Part shown: positions 10,224-23,164 of the stretch, piece after piece
How the letters are laid out: every line of letters starts with the position of its first letter
Position numbering within the stretch: position 1 is the first letter of the stretch
Assembly: GCA_965205485.1 (NCBI GenBank)
Contig: OZ242180.1
Location: 3,264,001-3,328,000, forward strand
Direction: 5' to 3'
Source: Candidatus Latescibacterota bacterium
Lineage (GTDB): Bacteria > Latescibacterota > UBA2968 > GCA-2709665
Length of the DNA stretch: 64,000 nucleotides
Notes under the pieces: generated by a model
Told to the model about the DNA's origin: nothing
What the model saw: only the letters and a program-made list of their open reading frames with translations
Database searches by the model: none
Made by a program: the position numbers and the translations under genes

Positions 10224-11071
10224 TTACTCCTGCAACGGGTGGCGTTTGAGAAGGATACGGGCCAGCCGTTCGAGGGCGTCGACCTTGCTTGCGTCGTCGC
10301 GATTCCTGTAGGCGGCGCAGAGATTGAAAATCATGCGGGTGAGAATCTGCCGGTCGGACGACTGGCGCAGCATGGATGGCTCGAAAGCCACGTTGAATCG
10401 GGAAAGATATTCCGCGCATTCATTCGCCGTCAGGAGTTGACCCTTGTTGTAAGGGTCGAACAGGAACTCCATGCCGTCCGCTGTCCTGTACTTCGCGATG
10501 AAGCGTACCGGCATCCCCACACCGAAAACCGGAAGATCGAGCCGGCGCGCCAGAAAGACGTAGAGCGCAGATATCGAGATGGGAAGGCCCGTCTTCCGAT
10601 CCAGGACCCGGTTCATATAGCTGGCGGCCGGGCCGTTACTCTGCCCCCGGAATCCCTGTAATTCATGGATAAAGTGATTCAGGGTCTGGATGACCCGGAG
10701 CGGATGGTCGTCGGGCGCGATCGAAGGCGCAAGTTCCTCGGCCATCTTGTTGAGCCTGCTTCTGTATCGCTGAATGTCGAGGGCAGGATATTCGAGCCTG
10801 GCCAGGGTGAACGAAGCCGTCTCCAGATCGATGTCGCCGCCGGCTCCTTCGTGGAGATTCCGGAACTGGGTCTCCAGAGGCGGTTCCTTGAGGCACAGCA
10901 GAATCCGGCCCGCTTCCCGTTGGGCCCGCGATCCCACGGGCGCGGCAGCCAGAACCTCGCGCACGGCCGGCTCGCCCATCGTGAACAGCTTGCTTCGCAC
11001 GATATCCACGATATCGGCGTCGGGGTCGGCCAGCAGCGAGAGAATGGCCCGCACCTGTGTCGTTCCCGGTT

Positions 11072-11075
<4 letters not shown>
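10224..11075 (-). CDS. SirB1 / transglutaminase-like family protein
   Basis: GFRG, SYMNRVLDRKTGLPISIS, GVGMPVRF, FDPYNKG, ILTRM. Confidence 0.8.
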
Positions 11076-12968
<1,893 letters not shown>

Positions 12969-12982
<14 letters not shown>

Positions 12983-14024
12983 TCCCGGCCCCTGACGGCA
13001 CAGTCGATCCGTCTTCCGGATTCCAATGCGCTTCGACTTCGAATCCCAGGTCCTCGATGAGTCGATGGGTCTCGGAAGTGGACTGTCCTCCGGTTGTAAG
13101 ATAACCTTCCATAAAGACGGAGTTTGCCGGATAGAGGGCCAGGGCCTGGAGGGAACCGAGCGTGAGTTCCCGCCCGCCCGCGATACGGATTTCCTTGTTC
13201 GGGTTTACAAAGCGGAACAGGCACAGAACCCTGAGGCCGTCCTGAGGCGACATCGGCTTGCGGCCGGCCAGGGGCGTGCCGTCGATGGGATGCAGGAAGT
13301 TGATGGGGATCGAATCGATGTCGAGTTCGCGGACGGCCACGGACAGGTCGACGATATCCTGCCTGGACTCTCCCATCCCGATGATTCCTCCGCAACAGGT
13401 CTCGAGGCCGGCCGCCTTGACAGCCTTGAGGGTATTCAGCCGGTCCCTGTAGGTGTGCGTGCTGACGATGTTGCCATGGTGCCCGGCGCTGGTATTGAGA
13501 TTGTGGTTGATCCGGTCCACGCCGGCCGCTTTCAACGTTCTGGCCTGTGCTTCGTCAAGCAGCCCCATGCAGCAGCAGATGTCGATGTCAACCGTTTGTT
13601 TGACTTCGCGCACGATGTCGGCAACGGTGTCCACCTCTCTGGCGGTGGGGCCTCTTCCACTGGTGACGATACAATAGCGCAGAGCCCCTCCCGCCCTGGC
13701 CTTTCTGGCGCCGTCGAGAATCTGCTCGCGAGGCAACAGCGGGTATTTCCGGATGTCCGCTGTGGACACGGCCGATTGTGAACAGTAGCCGCAATCCTCC
13801 GGACACAGACCGCTCTTGGCGTTCTGCAAGACGTGAAGGCGCACGCCGTTTCCGAAGAAGCGGCGCCGTACCCGATATGCCGCGTGGATCAGGAGGAGCA
13901 GGTCTTCGTCTGGCGTATCGAGTACCGCCAGCATTTCCTGATTGGCCAGGGGTTTGTTACGCAGCGCTTTGCGTTCGAGTATCGAGTAGTCCTTCATACG
14001 AGGATGCGCTCCCGCGGGTGTCAT
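12969..14024 (-). CDS. bioB: Biotin synthase (radical SAM)
   Basis: CPEDCGYCSQS, NHNLNTS, GGIIGMGES, SIPINFL, RIAGGRE, YLTT. Confidence 0.95.
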
Positions 14025-14039
14025 GCCGGAACCGTCGTT

Positions 14040-14561
14040 CTACCGGTAGACGGCCAGACCGAGAACCGCCGTGCCGACGATGGCGACGGCCGGATGAAGA
14101 TTCAGGAAATGGATGGCGACAAAGGCGGCCAGCGCGATCAGGCCCGTGTGCCAGGAATTCACGGACTTGGGCGCCATCTGCCAGACCACGACCAGAAGCA
14201 GGCCCACAACCGCCGGCCGGACCGCCTTCAGCATTGCCTGGACTGCCGGCGCACCCTTATACGCCATGAAGAACAGACCCAGGACCATCATCAGGATGAG
14301 AGACGGAAAGACCGTCCCCAGAAGAGCGACGATCAGGCCCGGGGTCTGCGCGACCTGGTAACCGATGTAGGCGGCCATTTTCGTTGCGATAGGACCCGGA
14401 AGGGCATAGCCCATGGCGAGCGTGTCGGTGAACTCCTCAATGGTCATCCAGCCGTGCACGTCGACGACTTCCTCCTGGACCAGCGGAATCATGGAGGGGC
14501 CGCCGCCATACGCGAAGAAACCGACTTTTGTGAACGAGACAAACAGCTTGACGAGTTCCAT
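14040..14561 (-). CDS. Short-chain chromate transporter (CHR family)
   Basis: FAYGGGPSMI, LPGPIAT, RPAVVGL. Confidence 0.85.
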   Translation of the reverse strand: MELVKLFVSFTKVGFFAYGGGPSMIPLVQEEVVDVHGWMTIEEFTDTLAMGYALPGPIATKMAAYIGYQVAQTPGLIVALLGTVFPSLILMMVLGLFFMAYKGAPAVQAMLKAVRPAVVGLLLVVVWQMAPKSVNSWHTGLIALAAFVAIHFLNLHPAVAIVGTAVLGLAVYR

Positions 14562-14810
14562 TACCGCCTCCGCGAGCGGACGGGACAGGTGCGAAACAGA
14601 GTTCTAAACGGCCTTGAATATAGCACATCGCCCATATTCGCACAAGGCAAATCCCGGAAAAACACGGCCCCGACCGGGGCCCGAAACCGGCGCGAAACGC
14701 GGCTGAATTTCCCCTGCCCGGTCGGCGCCGCCGCCGCCGTTTCGGTGGCCGTCGAATTGCATCTCCGCCGTGCGGCATGGAACCCCAACGGCGGGCGCAT
14801 GGTGGCGGCC

Positions 14811-14839
14811 TTGACAAGCATTGGCCTTTTTCCTATACT
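14811..14839 (+). promoter_or_regulatory. Near-consensus sigma70 promoter for the TPR-efp-accBC-gcvH operon
   Basis: TTGACA-17 bp-TATACT. Confidence 0.75.
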
Positions 14840-14986
14840 TCCCCCCGGTCTGGTGTTCCGCGCCGGTGATGGATTGCCCGAATTCGGCCGATCGGAAGCG
14901 GAAAAAGCAGCTGTCAGCTTTCGGCCGTCAGCTTGAATCAAAAACACAGGCAGTCAACGTCAGTGCCGTAAACAGGCAGCACCGGA

Positions 14987-15742
14987 ATGTGCGCAGCGAC
15001 GGACGCAACCCTTGCAAAGCTTGAAAGAATGTGCGGCAGGAATCCGGCGTCGATCCTGTTTGCGCGCCTCGCCGACGCGTTGCTGCGACTCGGCAACGTG
15101 GACCGCGCGGCGGAGATCTGCCGGGAGGGCCTGAGGTATCGCCCGCTGTACCCCACGGGCCATCTCGTCTTGGGCAGGTGCCACATGGCGGCCGGACGGT
15201 TGGAAGACGCCCGCCGGGAGCTTCAACATACGCTCGCGCTGGATCATGACAATCCTTCCGCATCCTGGCTGCTCGGCAAAATCGAAAGAAAGATGGGTTT
15301 CGAGGAGCGGGCGTTGCGTTACTTCAGGTACGCCCGGACCGTCGATCCGTTCAGCCGGTTGCCGGCTGCCGCGATGGACGCTGAAACTCAGGCGGAAGAC
15401 GAACCGCACTCAACGTCCAGGCCCGGCAACGAGAGGGAACGTCCGGGGCCGGATGCGACCGTCGAGGCAGACAGGGCGCCGGCGGGACGTGAGGACCTAT
15501 CCCTACTGTTGCGGGACCTTCAGGAACATCCCGGCCATGTAGAGGATCGGTCCGCAGATCCAGACACCGAAATCGCGCCGATTGCCACCTCCACGCTGGC
15601 CGAGCTGTACGCGGGTCAGGGGCTGATCGACGAGGCGGTGACTGTACTGGCGCGGGTTTGCGAACGGCAACCGGACAACAAACGCATCAAGAAACGGCTG
15701 AAGGAACTTCGGAAGATGGAAGGCGCGTGTACCGGAGGATAA
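14987..15742 (+). CDS. Tetratricopeptide repeat protein
   Basis: N-terminal TPR helices (FARLADAL, GHLVLGRCH) and C-terminal TSTLAELYAGQG motif. Confidence 0.8.
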   Translation: MCAATDATLAKLERMCGRNPASILFARLADALLRLGNVDRAAEICREGLRYRPLYPTGHLVLGRCHMAAGRLEDARRELQHTLALDHDNPSASWLLGKIERKMGFEERALRYFRYARTVDPFSRLPAAAMDAETQAEDEPHSTSRPGNERERPGPDATVEADRAPAGREDLSLLLRDLQEHPGHVEDRSADPDTEIAPIATSTLAELYAGQGLIDEAVTVLARVCERQPDNKRIKKRLKELRKMEGACTGG

Positions 15743-15751
15743 TTCCGAACC

Positions 15752-16309
15752 ATGGTCTCAACGTCCGAATTCAGAAATGGAATGGTCCTGCGTCTGGACG
15801 GCGATCTCTATTTTATGGTCGAGTTCGAGCACTTCAAACCGGGCAAGGGCGCAGCCGTCGTGCGTACCCGCCTCAAGGGCGTGAAGACGGGGGCAATGAT
15901 AGACCGGACATTTCGTTCCGGAGACAAGGTTGACGATGTCCGGCTGGAACGGCGAAAAATGCAGTATCTCTACAAGTCCGGCGATCTGTACTGTTTTATG
16001 GACAGTGAAACGTACGATCAGTACGAACTGACTCCGGAAGTGATGGGCAATGCGGTAAGATATCTGAAAGAGAACGAGATTCTGGAAATCCTGGTCGCGG
16101 AGCAAAACGCTGTGAGCGTGGCGTTGCCCATATTCGTTGAACTGGAGGTAACGGAAACCGACCCCGGGCTGCGGGGAGATACCGCCAGCGGCGGCAGCAA
16201 GCCCGCCGTGCTGGAAACGGGAGCTTCGGTCCAGGTGCCCCTGTTCGTTGAAAGGGGCGACGTTTTGAAGATAGATACCCGATCGGAGTCGTACGTCGAA
16301 CGAATCTGA
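15752..16309 (+). CDS. efp: Elongation factor P
   Basis: KPGKG, TDPGLRGDTASGGSKPA, VPLFV. Confidence 0.98.
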   Translation: MVSTSEFRNGMVLRLDGDLYFMVEFEHFKPGKGAAVVRTRLKGVKTGAMIDRTFRSGDKVDDVRLERRKMQYLYKSGDLYCFMDSETYDQYELTPEVMGNAVRYLKENEILEILVAEQNAVSVALPIFVELEVTETDPGLRGDTASGGSKPAVLETGASVQVPLFVERGDVLKIDTRSESYVERI

Positions 16310-16388
16310 TCGGAAACAGCCCCGGAATCATCAAGGCCGACGCGACCGTAATCCGATTTCCGCCAGTCGTTTTTTCGAAGGAGCGCGC

Positions 16389-16856
16389 GTGAAACTCTCC
16401 AAGGTCATGATGGAGACCCTGCAGCAGCTGATCGAAATGGTCGGCGAAGACCGGGTCCGGGAGATTGAAATTGAGCGTGGAATTCTGGGGCTTAGAAAAA
16501 TACGCGTCGCCGCGGGTATCGATGCAACGGCCGTCCAGCCGGTTGCCCAGGTCCCGCCGCAGCCGGCCGAAACCGACGATACGCCGGTTTCCGATGAACC
16601 TGACGACACCGAGGGGTTGCATAGCATCAGTTCACCCATGGTGGGCATGTTCTATCGTGCGCCGAATCCGGATTCGCCGTCGTTCGTGGAGGAAGGCGAC
16701 GTCGTTTCGGTCGGGCAAACCCTGTGCATCATCGAAGCCATGAAAATTATGAACGAAATTGAAGCGGACGCAAAGGGCCGGGTGGTTCGGGTCCTGGTCG
16801 AAAATGGCAATCCGGTCGAATACAACACGCCTCTTTTCCTCATCGAACCCCTGTAA
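16389..16856 (+). CDS. accB: Acetyl-CoA carboxylase biotin carboxyl carrier protein
   Basis: SPMVGMFY and EAMKIMNEI biotinylation motif. Confidence 0.95.
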   Translation: MKLSKVMMETLQQLIEMVGEDRVREIEIERGILGLRKIRVAAGIDATAVQPVAQVPPQPAETDDTPVSDEPDDTEGLHSISSPMVGMFYRAPNPDSPSFVEEGDVVSVGQTLCIIEAMKIMNEIEADAKGRVVRVLVENGNPVEYNTPLFLIEPL

Positions 16857-16909
16857 GGTGCTTCCTTCAACGATGCGGCGGCCCCTGCCGCCGTCCCACC
16901 AGATCTGCC

Positions 16910-18268
16910 GTGTCATCCACTCCCTTATTCGATAAGATCCTTGTTGCGGATCGGGGCGAAATCGCCGTCCGTGTGATCCGGGCATGCAAGGAACTCGGCA
17001 TCCGGACGATCGCCATCCACTCCGAAGCCGATGGCAATTCGCTGCATATCGGCGTCGCCGACGAGGACGTCTGCATCGGACCGCCTCCGGGAGACCAGAG
17101 CTATCGGAACATCCCGCGCATTCTGAGCGCCGCGGAAGTCACCAACGCCGATGCGATCCACCCGGGGTACGGGCCATTGGCCGAGAACGCGGACTTCGCC
17201 GAGATGTGCGCCTCCTGTGGCATCGTATTCATCGGACCGTCTCCGGATGCCATTCGAAGGATGGGCGACAAAGCCGTTGCGCGGGAAACGATGCTGGCCG
17301 CAGACGTGCCGGTAGCGCCGGGTACCGGGGTGTTGCAAAGCCTTGAGGAGGCGCGCGTCGCCGCCGGAGAGATCGGTTACCCGATCCGTCTGAAGGCCGT
17401 TGCAGGCGGCGGCGGCCGTGGCATGCGCACCGTAGACTCCGCGGAAGGCCTCGAACGCGCCTGGAATGCCGCGCAGGCCGAGGCGTCTGCGGCGTTCACG
17501 TCGGGAACGCTCTATCTGGAAAAGGAAGTCGTTGCGCCCCGGCACGTGGAAATCCAGGTTATGGGCGACCAGGCTGACAACGTCGTACACCTGGGGGAGC
17601 GCGAATGTTCCATCCAGAGACGTCATCAGAAGTTGATCGAGGAGTCGCCTTCGCCGGTGGTCGACGACAGCCTGCGCCGGCGGATGGGCAAAGAAGCCGT
17701 TGCAGGGGCCAGGGCGGTGGGCTATACGGGCGCGGGGACCGTGGAGTTTCTGCTGGATGCGTCCGGAGACTTCTATTTCCTTGAAATGAACACCCGCATT
17801 CAGGTCGAGCATCCGGTCACCGAGATGGTAACCGGAATCGATCTCGTCAAGACGCAGATCAGCGTGGCCGCGGGTAAGCCGCTTCCGTTCGCCCAGGAAG
17901 ACATACGGCCGAAGGGGCACGCCATTGAATGCCGCATCAACGCGGAAGATCCCGATCACAACTTCCGACCTTCCGCGGGAGAAATCAGCACGTTCCATGC
18001 GCCGGGCGGGCCGGGCATCCGGATCGACTCTCACGCGTATGCCGGCTATCGCGTCCCGTCCCATTACGATTCGCTCCTTGCCAAGTTGCTGGCGTATGGC
18101 GACACCCGGGAGGAAGCAACCGCGCGTATGGTCCGTGCGCTCGAGGAGTTCGTGATCGAGGGAATCCCTACGACCATTCCGTTCCACATCGCCGCGATGC
18201 GGCATTCCGACTTCCGTGACGGTCGGATCGACACGGATTTCGTGGCCAGATTGGGATACGGGGGTTGA
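16910..18268 (+). CDS. accC: Biotin carboxylase
   Basis: [40 protein letters not shown]. Confidence 0.95.
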   Translation: MSSTPLFDKILVADRGEIAVRVIRACKELGIRTIAIHSEADGNSLHIGVADEDVCIGPPPGDQSYRNIPRILSAAEVTNADAIHPGYGPLAENADFAEMCASCGIVFIGPSPDAIRRMGDKAVARETMLAADVPVAPGTGVLQSLEEARVAAGEIGYPIRLKAVAGGGGRGMRTVDSAEGLERAWNAAQAEASAAFTSGTLYLEKEVVAPRHVEIQVMGDQADNVVHLGERECSIQRRHQKLIEESPSPVVDDSLRRRMGKEAVAGARAVGYTGAGTVEFLLDASGDFYFLEMNTRIQVEHPVTEMVTGIDLVKTQISVAAGKPLPFAQEDIRPKGHAIECRINAEDPDHNFRPSAGEISTFHAPGGPGIRIDSHAYAGYRVPSHYDSLLAKLLAYGDTREEATARMVRALEEFVIEGIPTTIPFHIAAMRHSDFRDGRIDTDFVARLGYGG

Positions 18269-18363
18269 ACGTCGGCAAGACCGGAGAAACGTCAGACACC
18301 CACTCAGCGGACGGCTGGCGTCCCGGAACGAAAGACAACACCTTCATTGTGGAGCCATCAGTC

Positions 18364-18750
18364 ATGTCGGAAATTCCGGACGGCCTTCTTTATACTTCGG
18401 AGCATGAGTGGATTCGCGTCGAGGGCGAGCGGGGCACGATAGGCATCACAGATTACGCGCAGGGGGAACTGGGGGACATCGTTTTTGCCGAGTTGCCGGA
18501 ACCGGGTGCTGAGTTCGAGCAGGGTCAGCCCTTCGGCACGATCGAGGCGGTGAAGACGGTGGAGGACCTCTACGCGCCCGTGTCCGGCGTCGTTCTCGAG
18601 GTTAACGATGAACTTGGCGAGGATGCGTCCCAGATAAACGCGGATCCGTATGGCGAGGGCTGGATGGTCGTGGTGCGGATGACAAACAGCGACGAACTCG
18701 AATCGCTTCTCGGCCCACGGGCTTACGGCGAGCTTGTCGAAGACGGCTAG
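18364..18750 (+). CDS. gcvH: Glycine cleavage system H protein
   Basis: YTSEHEW, GITDYAQGELGD, lipoyl site EAVK, DPYGEGW. Confidence 0.95.
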   Translation: MSEIPDGLLYTSEHEWIRVEGERGTIGITDYAQGELGDIVFAELPEPGAEFEQGQPFGTIEAVKTVEDLYAPVSGVVLEVNDELGEDASQINADPYGEGWMVVVRMTNSDELESLLGPRAYGELVEDG

Positions 18751-18880
18751 CCGCCACTGAAGACCGCCTGTCCATCGCCGGATTGCGGCCGATTGACCGG
18801 GATTGTACGGACGGACGGACGCGTGCCGGGCCAGGTCGGAACTGCATGTCGGGTTCCGGCATCCTGCGCCTTGTAAGCGC

Positions 18881-18909
18881 TTGACATCGATTCGTAAAGG
18901 CTTTATTTT
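18881..18909 (+). promoter_or_regulatory. Putative sigma70 promoter upstream of HNH-scpA
   Basis: TTGACA-17 bp-TATTTT in an AT-rich patch. Confidence 0.55.
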
Positions 18910-19075
18910 TTTTCTGTTAAGCCAAATCCGCAGCGCATCGCGGATGCTCATTCAACCCGGTTTCAGACGTATCGCCGGCGTGCCGGCCGTGAGCGACGGG
19001 CACAACCGCGAGGCGTCGCGCCACGTCGACTACGTTCAATTGTTCCAGCCCCGGGGTTGTTGCAAGAGGGGATGT

Positions 19076-19585
19076 ATGCCACTGCTGAATCGGCCGGTTC
19101 TGGTCCTGAACCAGAGTTACGAACCCATCCAGGTGTGCAGCGTGCGTCGGGCTATCGTTCTTGTGTTTCGTGGCCGGGCCGAGGTCATCGAAGCGCTGGA
19201 CCTGTACGTCCGCTCGGTTTCAGACCGGTTTCCGGTCCCCAGCGTGGTCCGACTGGGCATCTACGTGCGCGTTGCGCCCAGACAGCTCGCGCTTTCGAAG
19301 AAAAACGTCCTGAAGCGGGATGGACACCGCTGCCAGTATTGCGGTACCCGAAAGGGTCCGATGACGGTCGATCACGTGGTTCCCCGAACCGGAAACGGTC
19401 GGGACACCTGGGAGAACCTGGTGTGCGCCTGTTTACCCTGCAATAACCTCAAGGGCGATCAAACACCGGAACAGGCGGGAATCAATCTGCTGCGCCGTCC
19501 CCGCCGGCCCAGTACCGTCACCTCCATAAGCCAGTTGATCGGCGTGCCGGACAGTCGCTGGCGGCCGTATCTTTTCATGGATTGA
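19076..19585 (+). CDS. HNH endonuclease (McrA-like)
   Basis: VLVLNQSYEP, RDGHRCQYCG, TVDHVVP, WENLVCACLPCNNLKG. Confidence 0.9.
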   Translation: MPLLNRPVLVLNQSYEPIQVCSVRRAIVLVFRGRAEVIEALDLYVRSVSDRFPVPSVVRLGIYVRVAPRQLALSKKNVLKRDGHRCQYCGTRKGPMTVDHVVPRTGNGRDTWENLVCACLPCNNLKGDQTPEQAGINLLRRPRRPSTVTSISQLIGVPDSRWRPYLFMD

Positions 19586-19686
19586 ACAATGGCGTCGGGA
19601 GCCGGATCCTCCGGGAACGTCCGTCACGCCCCTGCCCGCGTCGCGCACGCCTGCGACCCGGGTGGACGCCATGGGAGATCGAGCGA

Positions 19687-20490
19687 ATGGTTGCCGAAGC
19701 GCTGGAAGTTCAGGGAAAAGCCGCTGACGATGCCTACGGGGTGAAGCTCGATGTTTTCGAGGGGCCTCTGGATCTGCTGCTTTTTCTGATTCGCAAGGAT
19801 GAGATCGACATCTACGATATCCCCATCGCCGATGTCACGCGGCAGTTTCTGGAGTTTGTCGAAATGATGGAGACGCTTCATCTGGAACACGCCGGCGATT
19901 TCCTGGTGATGGCGGCCACGCTGATGAAAATCAAGTCGCGCATGTTGCTGCCGGCGGACCCCGATGCGGATGAAGAAGAAGAGGACCCAAGAGAAGAACT
20001 GGTACGGCGCCTGCTGGAGTATCAGCAGTTCAAGGAAGTGGCCGGCTGGCTCGAAGACAGGCAGGACTCGCATCGTGACCATTTCTATCGGGGTGCCGCG
20101 CTGGATACCGGGGAAATCGACGAGCCCGAACCGGATCCGCTCGCAGCCTATGGTTCCGCAAGTCTTTTCGATCTGATGTCGGCGTTCCGGACGGCGCTCT
20201 CAGCCGCGCCGAAAGCGGATTACCACGAGATACATCAACTGGAAGTCACGACCGAGGAACGGATGGAGGTCGTCCGGAACATACTGGAGGATCGCCATCG
20301 GGTTCAGTTCTCGAATCTGGTTGCGGGTCTTCCGAGAATCGTCCTCATCGTCACTTTCATCGCCCTGCTCGAGCTGATAAAGACCGGGCAAGCCCTTGCA
20401 AGACAGAGCGCTTCGGAAGGCGAGATCTGGGTTTACAGGAGAGACGAAGATCCGTCGGAACCCGCCGGCGCCCGATCGTCAACCGGGTAA
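19687..20490 (+). CDS. scpA: Segregation and condensation protein A
   Basis: FEGPLDLLLFLI, FLVMAATLMKIKSRMLLP, FIALLEL. Confidence 0.95.
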   Translation: MVAEALEVQGKAADDAYGVKLDVFEGPLDLLLFLIRKDEIDIYDIPIADVTRQFLEFVEMMETLHLEHAGDFLVMAATLMKIKSRMLLPADPDADEEEEDPREELVRRLLEYQQFKEVAGWLEDRQDSHRDHFYRGAALDTGEIDEPEPDPLAAYGSASLFDLMSAFRTALSAAPKADYHEIHQLEVTTEERMEVVRNILEDRHRVQFSNLVAGLPRIVLIVTFIALLELIKTGQALARQSASEGEIWVYRRDEDPSEPAGARSSTG

Positions 20491-20739
20491 CGACCATCGG
20501 CAGGGCCGCTTCAGTCGTTCGAAAACTCGAACGGGTCGAGATTCAACCTTGATTTGTAAGTCTTCGGGGACGTTAATTCGAATATGTGCTTGTAAATAAA
20601 GGCGATTAGTCGGCGGATTACCAGGATACACCAGGTCAATGGCCGTGAACGGAAAAAACGTCCTTCCATACCTCGATAACGCCCCGTCTGGGAGGGTTTT
20701 ATCGCGTCGCCGCGTTGCTGTTTTTTCGGATAGAGGTCA

Positions 20740-21489
20740 ATGGGCGAGTCGTACGGGATAGACCGGGTCGCCTCGGATGAAGACGCGCGCAACCAGGGCA
20801 TTGTGGAAGCCCTGTTGATGGCGTCCGACAGACCGCTCGGGGCCAGCCGGATCGCCTCGTTGCTCGATGGCGTGCAGGCGGGAGACGTGCGCGCGTACGT
20901 GGAGGACCTCAACGCGCTGTACGGCCGGACCGGGCGCAGTTTCAAGATCTCCGAGATCGCCGGCGGATTCCTGTACATGGTACACTCGGAATACGGCGTC
21001 TGGGTCCGGCGGCTCCTGAAAGACAAAGCGCCTGTCCGCCTTTCGTCGGCCGCCCTGGAAACGCTTGCCATCATCGTGTTCAAGCAGCCGGTCATGAAGG
21101 CCGAGGTAGAGCACATTCGCGGCGTGTCCGTGGACGGGGTGGTACGCCACCTGCTCGAGAAGGGGCTGATCCGCATCGCCGGCCGGTCGGATGCGCCGGG
21201 ACGACCGCTGCTGTATGGAACGACCCGGGACTTCTTGAAGCACTTCGGACTGAAGACGTTGTCGGACCTGCCAAAGGTCAGGGAACTGAACGAGTTGCTG
21301 GAAGACAAGGTCGCTGCGGTGGCATCGCCCGGCGAGTCGCTGCAGGCGATGCCAGGCCGGGAAAGCGCGCCCGGGGATTTCAGTGACGGTTCCAGTGACG
21401 CGTCGGGACCGATGATCGGTCCCAAGGGGGATGGCGGGGTAACGGAGGCGGACGGTGTCGACACGCGGGGAGGGGAACCGAATGCGTAA
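20740..21489 (+). CDS. scpB: Segregation and condensation protein B
   Basis: VEALL, LSSAALETLAII, IRGV, GRPLLYGTT, FLKHFGL. The stop codon TAA is also the left target site of the MITE. Confidence 0.95.
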   Translation: MGESYGIDRVASDEDARNQGIVEALLMASDRPLGASRIASLLDGVQAGDVRAYVEDLNALYGRTGRSFKISEIAGGFLYMVHSEYGVWVRRLLKDKAPVRLSSAALETLAIIVFKQPVMKAEVEHIRGVSVDGVVRHLLEKGLIRIAGRSDAPGRPLLYGTTRDFLKHFGLKTLSDLPKVRELNELLEDKVAAVASPGESLQAMPGRESAPGDFSDGSSDASGPMIGPKGDGGVTEADGVDTRGGEPNA

Positions 21490-21651
21490 GAAGCTGTGTT
21501 AGAATTACCGGTGAGTTCCCGAGCGCGAGCGAAAAAGTGGCGGTAGAGGCGGGCAAATCCGCCCATATTTGTCTATACGGGTGGGTTTGACCAACGCCGA
21601 CCGGCGCTTTTGCAGCCGCGCGAAGACCGCTGGGAATTTTAACACAGCTTC
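21490..21651. mobile_element. MITE family A, copy 1 (162 bp, internally shortened)
   Basis: TIRs GAAGCTGTGTTAGAATT / AATTTTAACACAGCTTC with TAA on both sides. Confidence 0.85.
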
Positions 21652-21675
21652 TAAGGATCGGGGCGGAGGGTCGCG

Positions 21676-22362
21676 ATGGGGAAGCGGGGTATCGTGATTG
21701 CCATCGACGGTCCCGCAGGATCGGGCAAGAGTACGACGGCTCGATGTGTCGCCGGCAGGCTGGGATACCTCTATCTGGATACCGGCGCCATGTACCGCGC
21801 GCTGGGTTGGTCCATGATTCGAAGGGGACTCAGTCCCGACGACGAATCCGCGGCCGCCGCGGCCGCCGCCGTGCTGACATTCGACTTTCGTCCGGAGGCG
21901 TCCGGCCAGCGGGTTCTGATCGACGGGGAGGATGTGACCGGAGAGATCCGTTCGGCGGATGTTTCCGATGCCGCCTCCCGGGTTGCCGTACACGCCGCGG
22001 TCCGGAAGATCCTCGTGGCACGCCAGCAGGAACTCGGATTCGAGGGCGGCATCGTACTGGAGGGGCGGGATACGGGCACGGCGGTTTTTCCCGAAGCTGA
22101 ACTGAAGATATTCCTGGTTGCCGACGTCGCCGAGCGAGCGCGGCGCCGGCACCGTGAGTTGCTCGATTCCGGTATCGCGGCGGAAATGGACGAATTGACA
22201 GGACAGATTCGAGAGCGGGACAAGCGGGACACGGCCACGCAACGGCGTTCCGGATCCTGGCCGGCTTCGGATGCGATCACGGTGGATACCACGGGGCTGG
22301 ACGTCGACGCGCAGGTCGCCCGCGTGGTGGAACTCGCTCGCGAATGCGGCGTCGAGACATAG
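21676..22362 (+). CDS. cmk: Cytidylate kinase
   Basis: IAIDGPAGSGKST, YLDTGAMYRA, EGRDTGT. Confidence 0.95.
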   Translation: MGKRGIVIAIDGPAGSGKSTTARCVAGRLGYLYLDTGAMYRALGWSMIRRGLSPDDESAAAAAAAVLTFDFRPEASGQRVLIDGEDVTGEIRSADVSDAASRVAVHAAVRKILVARQQELGFEGGIVLEGRDTGTAVFPEAELKIFLVADVAERARRRHRELLDSGIAAEMDELTGQIRERDKRDTATQRRSGSWPASDAITVDTTGLDVDAQVARVVELARECGVET

Positions 22363-22375
22363 TCACGTAAACGGA

Positions 22376-23059
22376 ATGCGGACAGACATTTACACCGGAC
22401 GACCGGGCAATTTCCTTTACCGTTTTCTCTGGACGCTCGGCGTTGGAGCCTGCAGCTGCCTGTTTCGGCTTCGTGTTGCCGGCCTTCATTTCGTGCCGCG
22501 CCGCGGAGGCGTCATCCTGGCCAGCAACCACGCCTCCTATACGGATCCCGTATTCATCGGGGTTGCGGCGTGCAGGGAACTTTCGTATGTTACCAAGCAG
22601 GAAGCATTTCCCGTTCCGATTCTTGGCTGGCTGATTCGGAAGCTGAACGCACTGCCGATCGACCGGTCTCGCGGAGACCGGGGTGCATTGCGGGGCATCG
22701 AAGGGTGTCTCAAGGCCGGCGGCGCGATGTTTCTTTCGCCGGAGGGAACGCGCAACAAGACGTCCAGATTGAGGCCGCCCAAAGACGGCGTGGGCATGTT
22801 GGCATACCGCGCGCGGGTTCCCGTGGTTCCGGTCTATATTTCGGGCACGGTCAACATCTGGACGAGTCTGATCGGTCTCAACCGCGTAACCGTGCGGTTC
22901 GGAGAACCGATTCGCGTGTCTCCAGCCGGATTGCCCGTCAGACGTCGAGCGGCCTATCACACCATCACCAGCGAGGTGATGTACAGTATAGGTAACTTGA
23001 GACCCGGCAGGCGCAATACCGGCCCGCCTGCGCCGGGTGCCATGCTTGAGCGCCGGTAG
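22376..23059 (+). CDS. plsC: 1-acyl-sn-glycerol-3-phosphate acyltransferase
   Basis: NHASYTD, PEGTR, VPVVPV. Confidence 0.85.
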   Translation: MRTDIYTGRPGNFLYRFLWTLGVGACSCLFRLRVAGLHFVPRRGGVILASNHASYTDPVFIGVAACRELSYVTKQEAFPVPILGWLIRKLNALPIDRSRGDRGALRGIEGCLKAGGAMFLSPEGTRNKTSRLRPPKDGVGMLAYRARVPVVPVYISGTVNIWTSLIGLNRVTVRFGEPIRVSPAGLPVRRRAAYHTITSEVMYSIGNLRPGRRNTGPPAPGAMLERR

Positions 23060-23164
23060 GGTCCCTGCGGAGAGCCGGTCTCCGTCTTTTCCCTGTTTTT
23101 CTGCGCCGAACCGCACGTCGGGGGCATCGGCCCTGCGCGGAACGGCCAAGGAGGTCGCAGTTTC

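Noticed and set aside
16930..17200. AccC deviations (ADRGE for [13 protein letters not shown] for GYGFLSEN)
   Set aside because: Core catalytic motifs are intact, and isolated substitutions are not enough to claim altered function.
19076..19585. HNH nuclease as a defence system
   Set aside because: It belongs to a widespread stand-alone McrA-like family and has no methylase or partner genes nearby.
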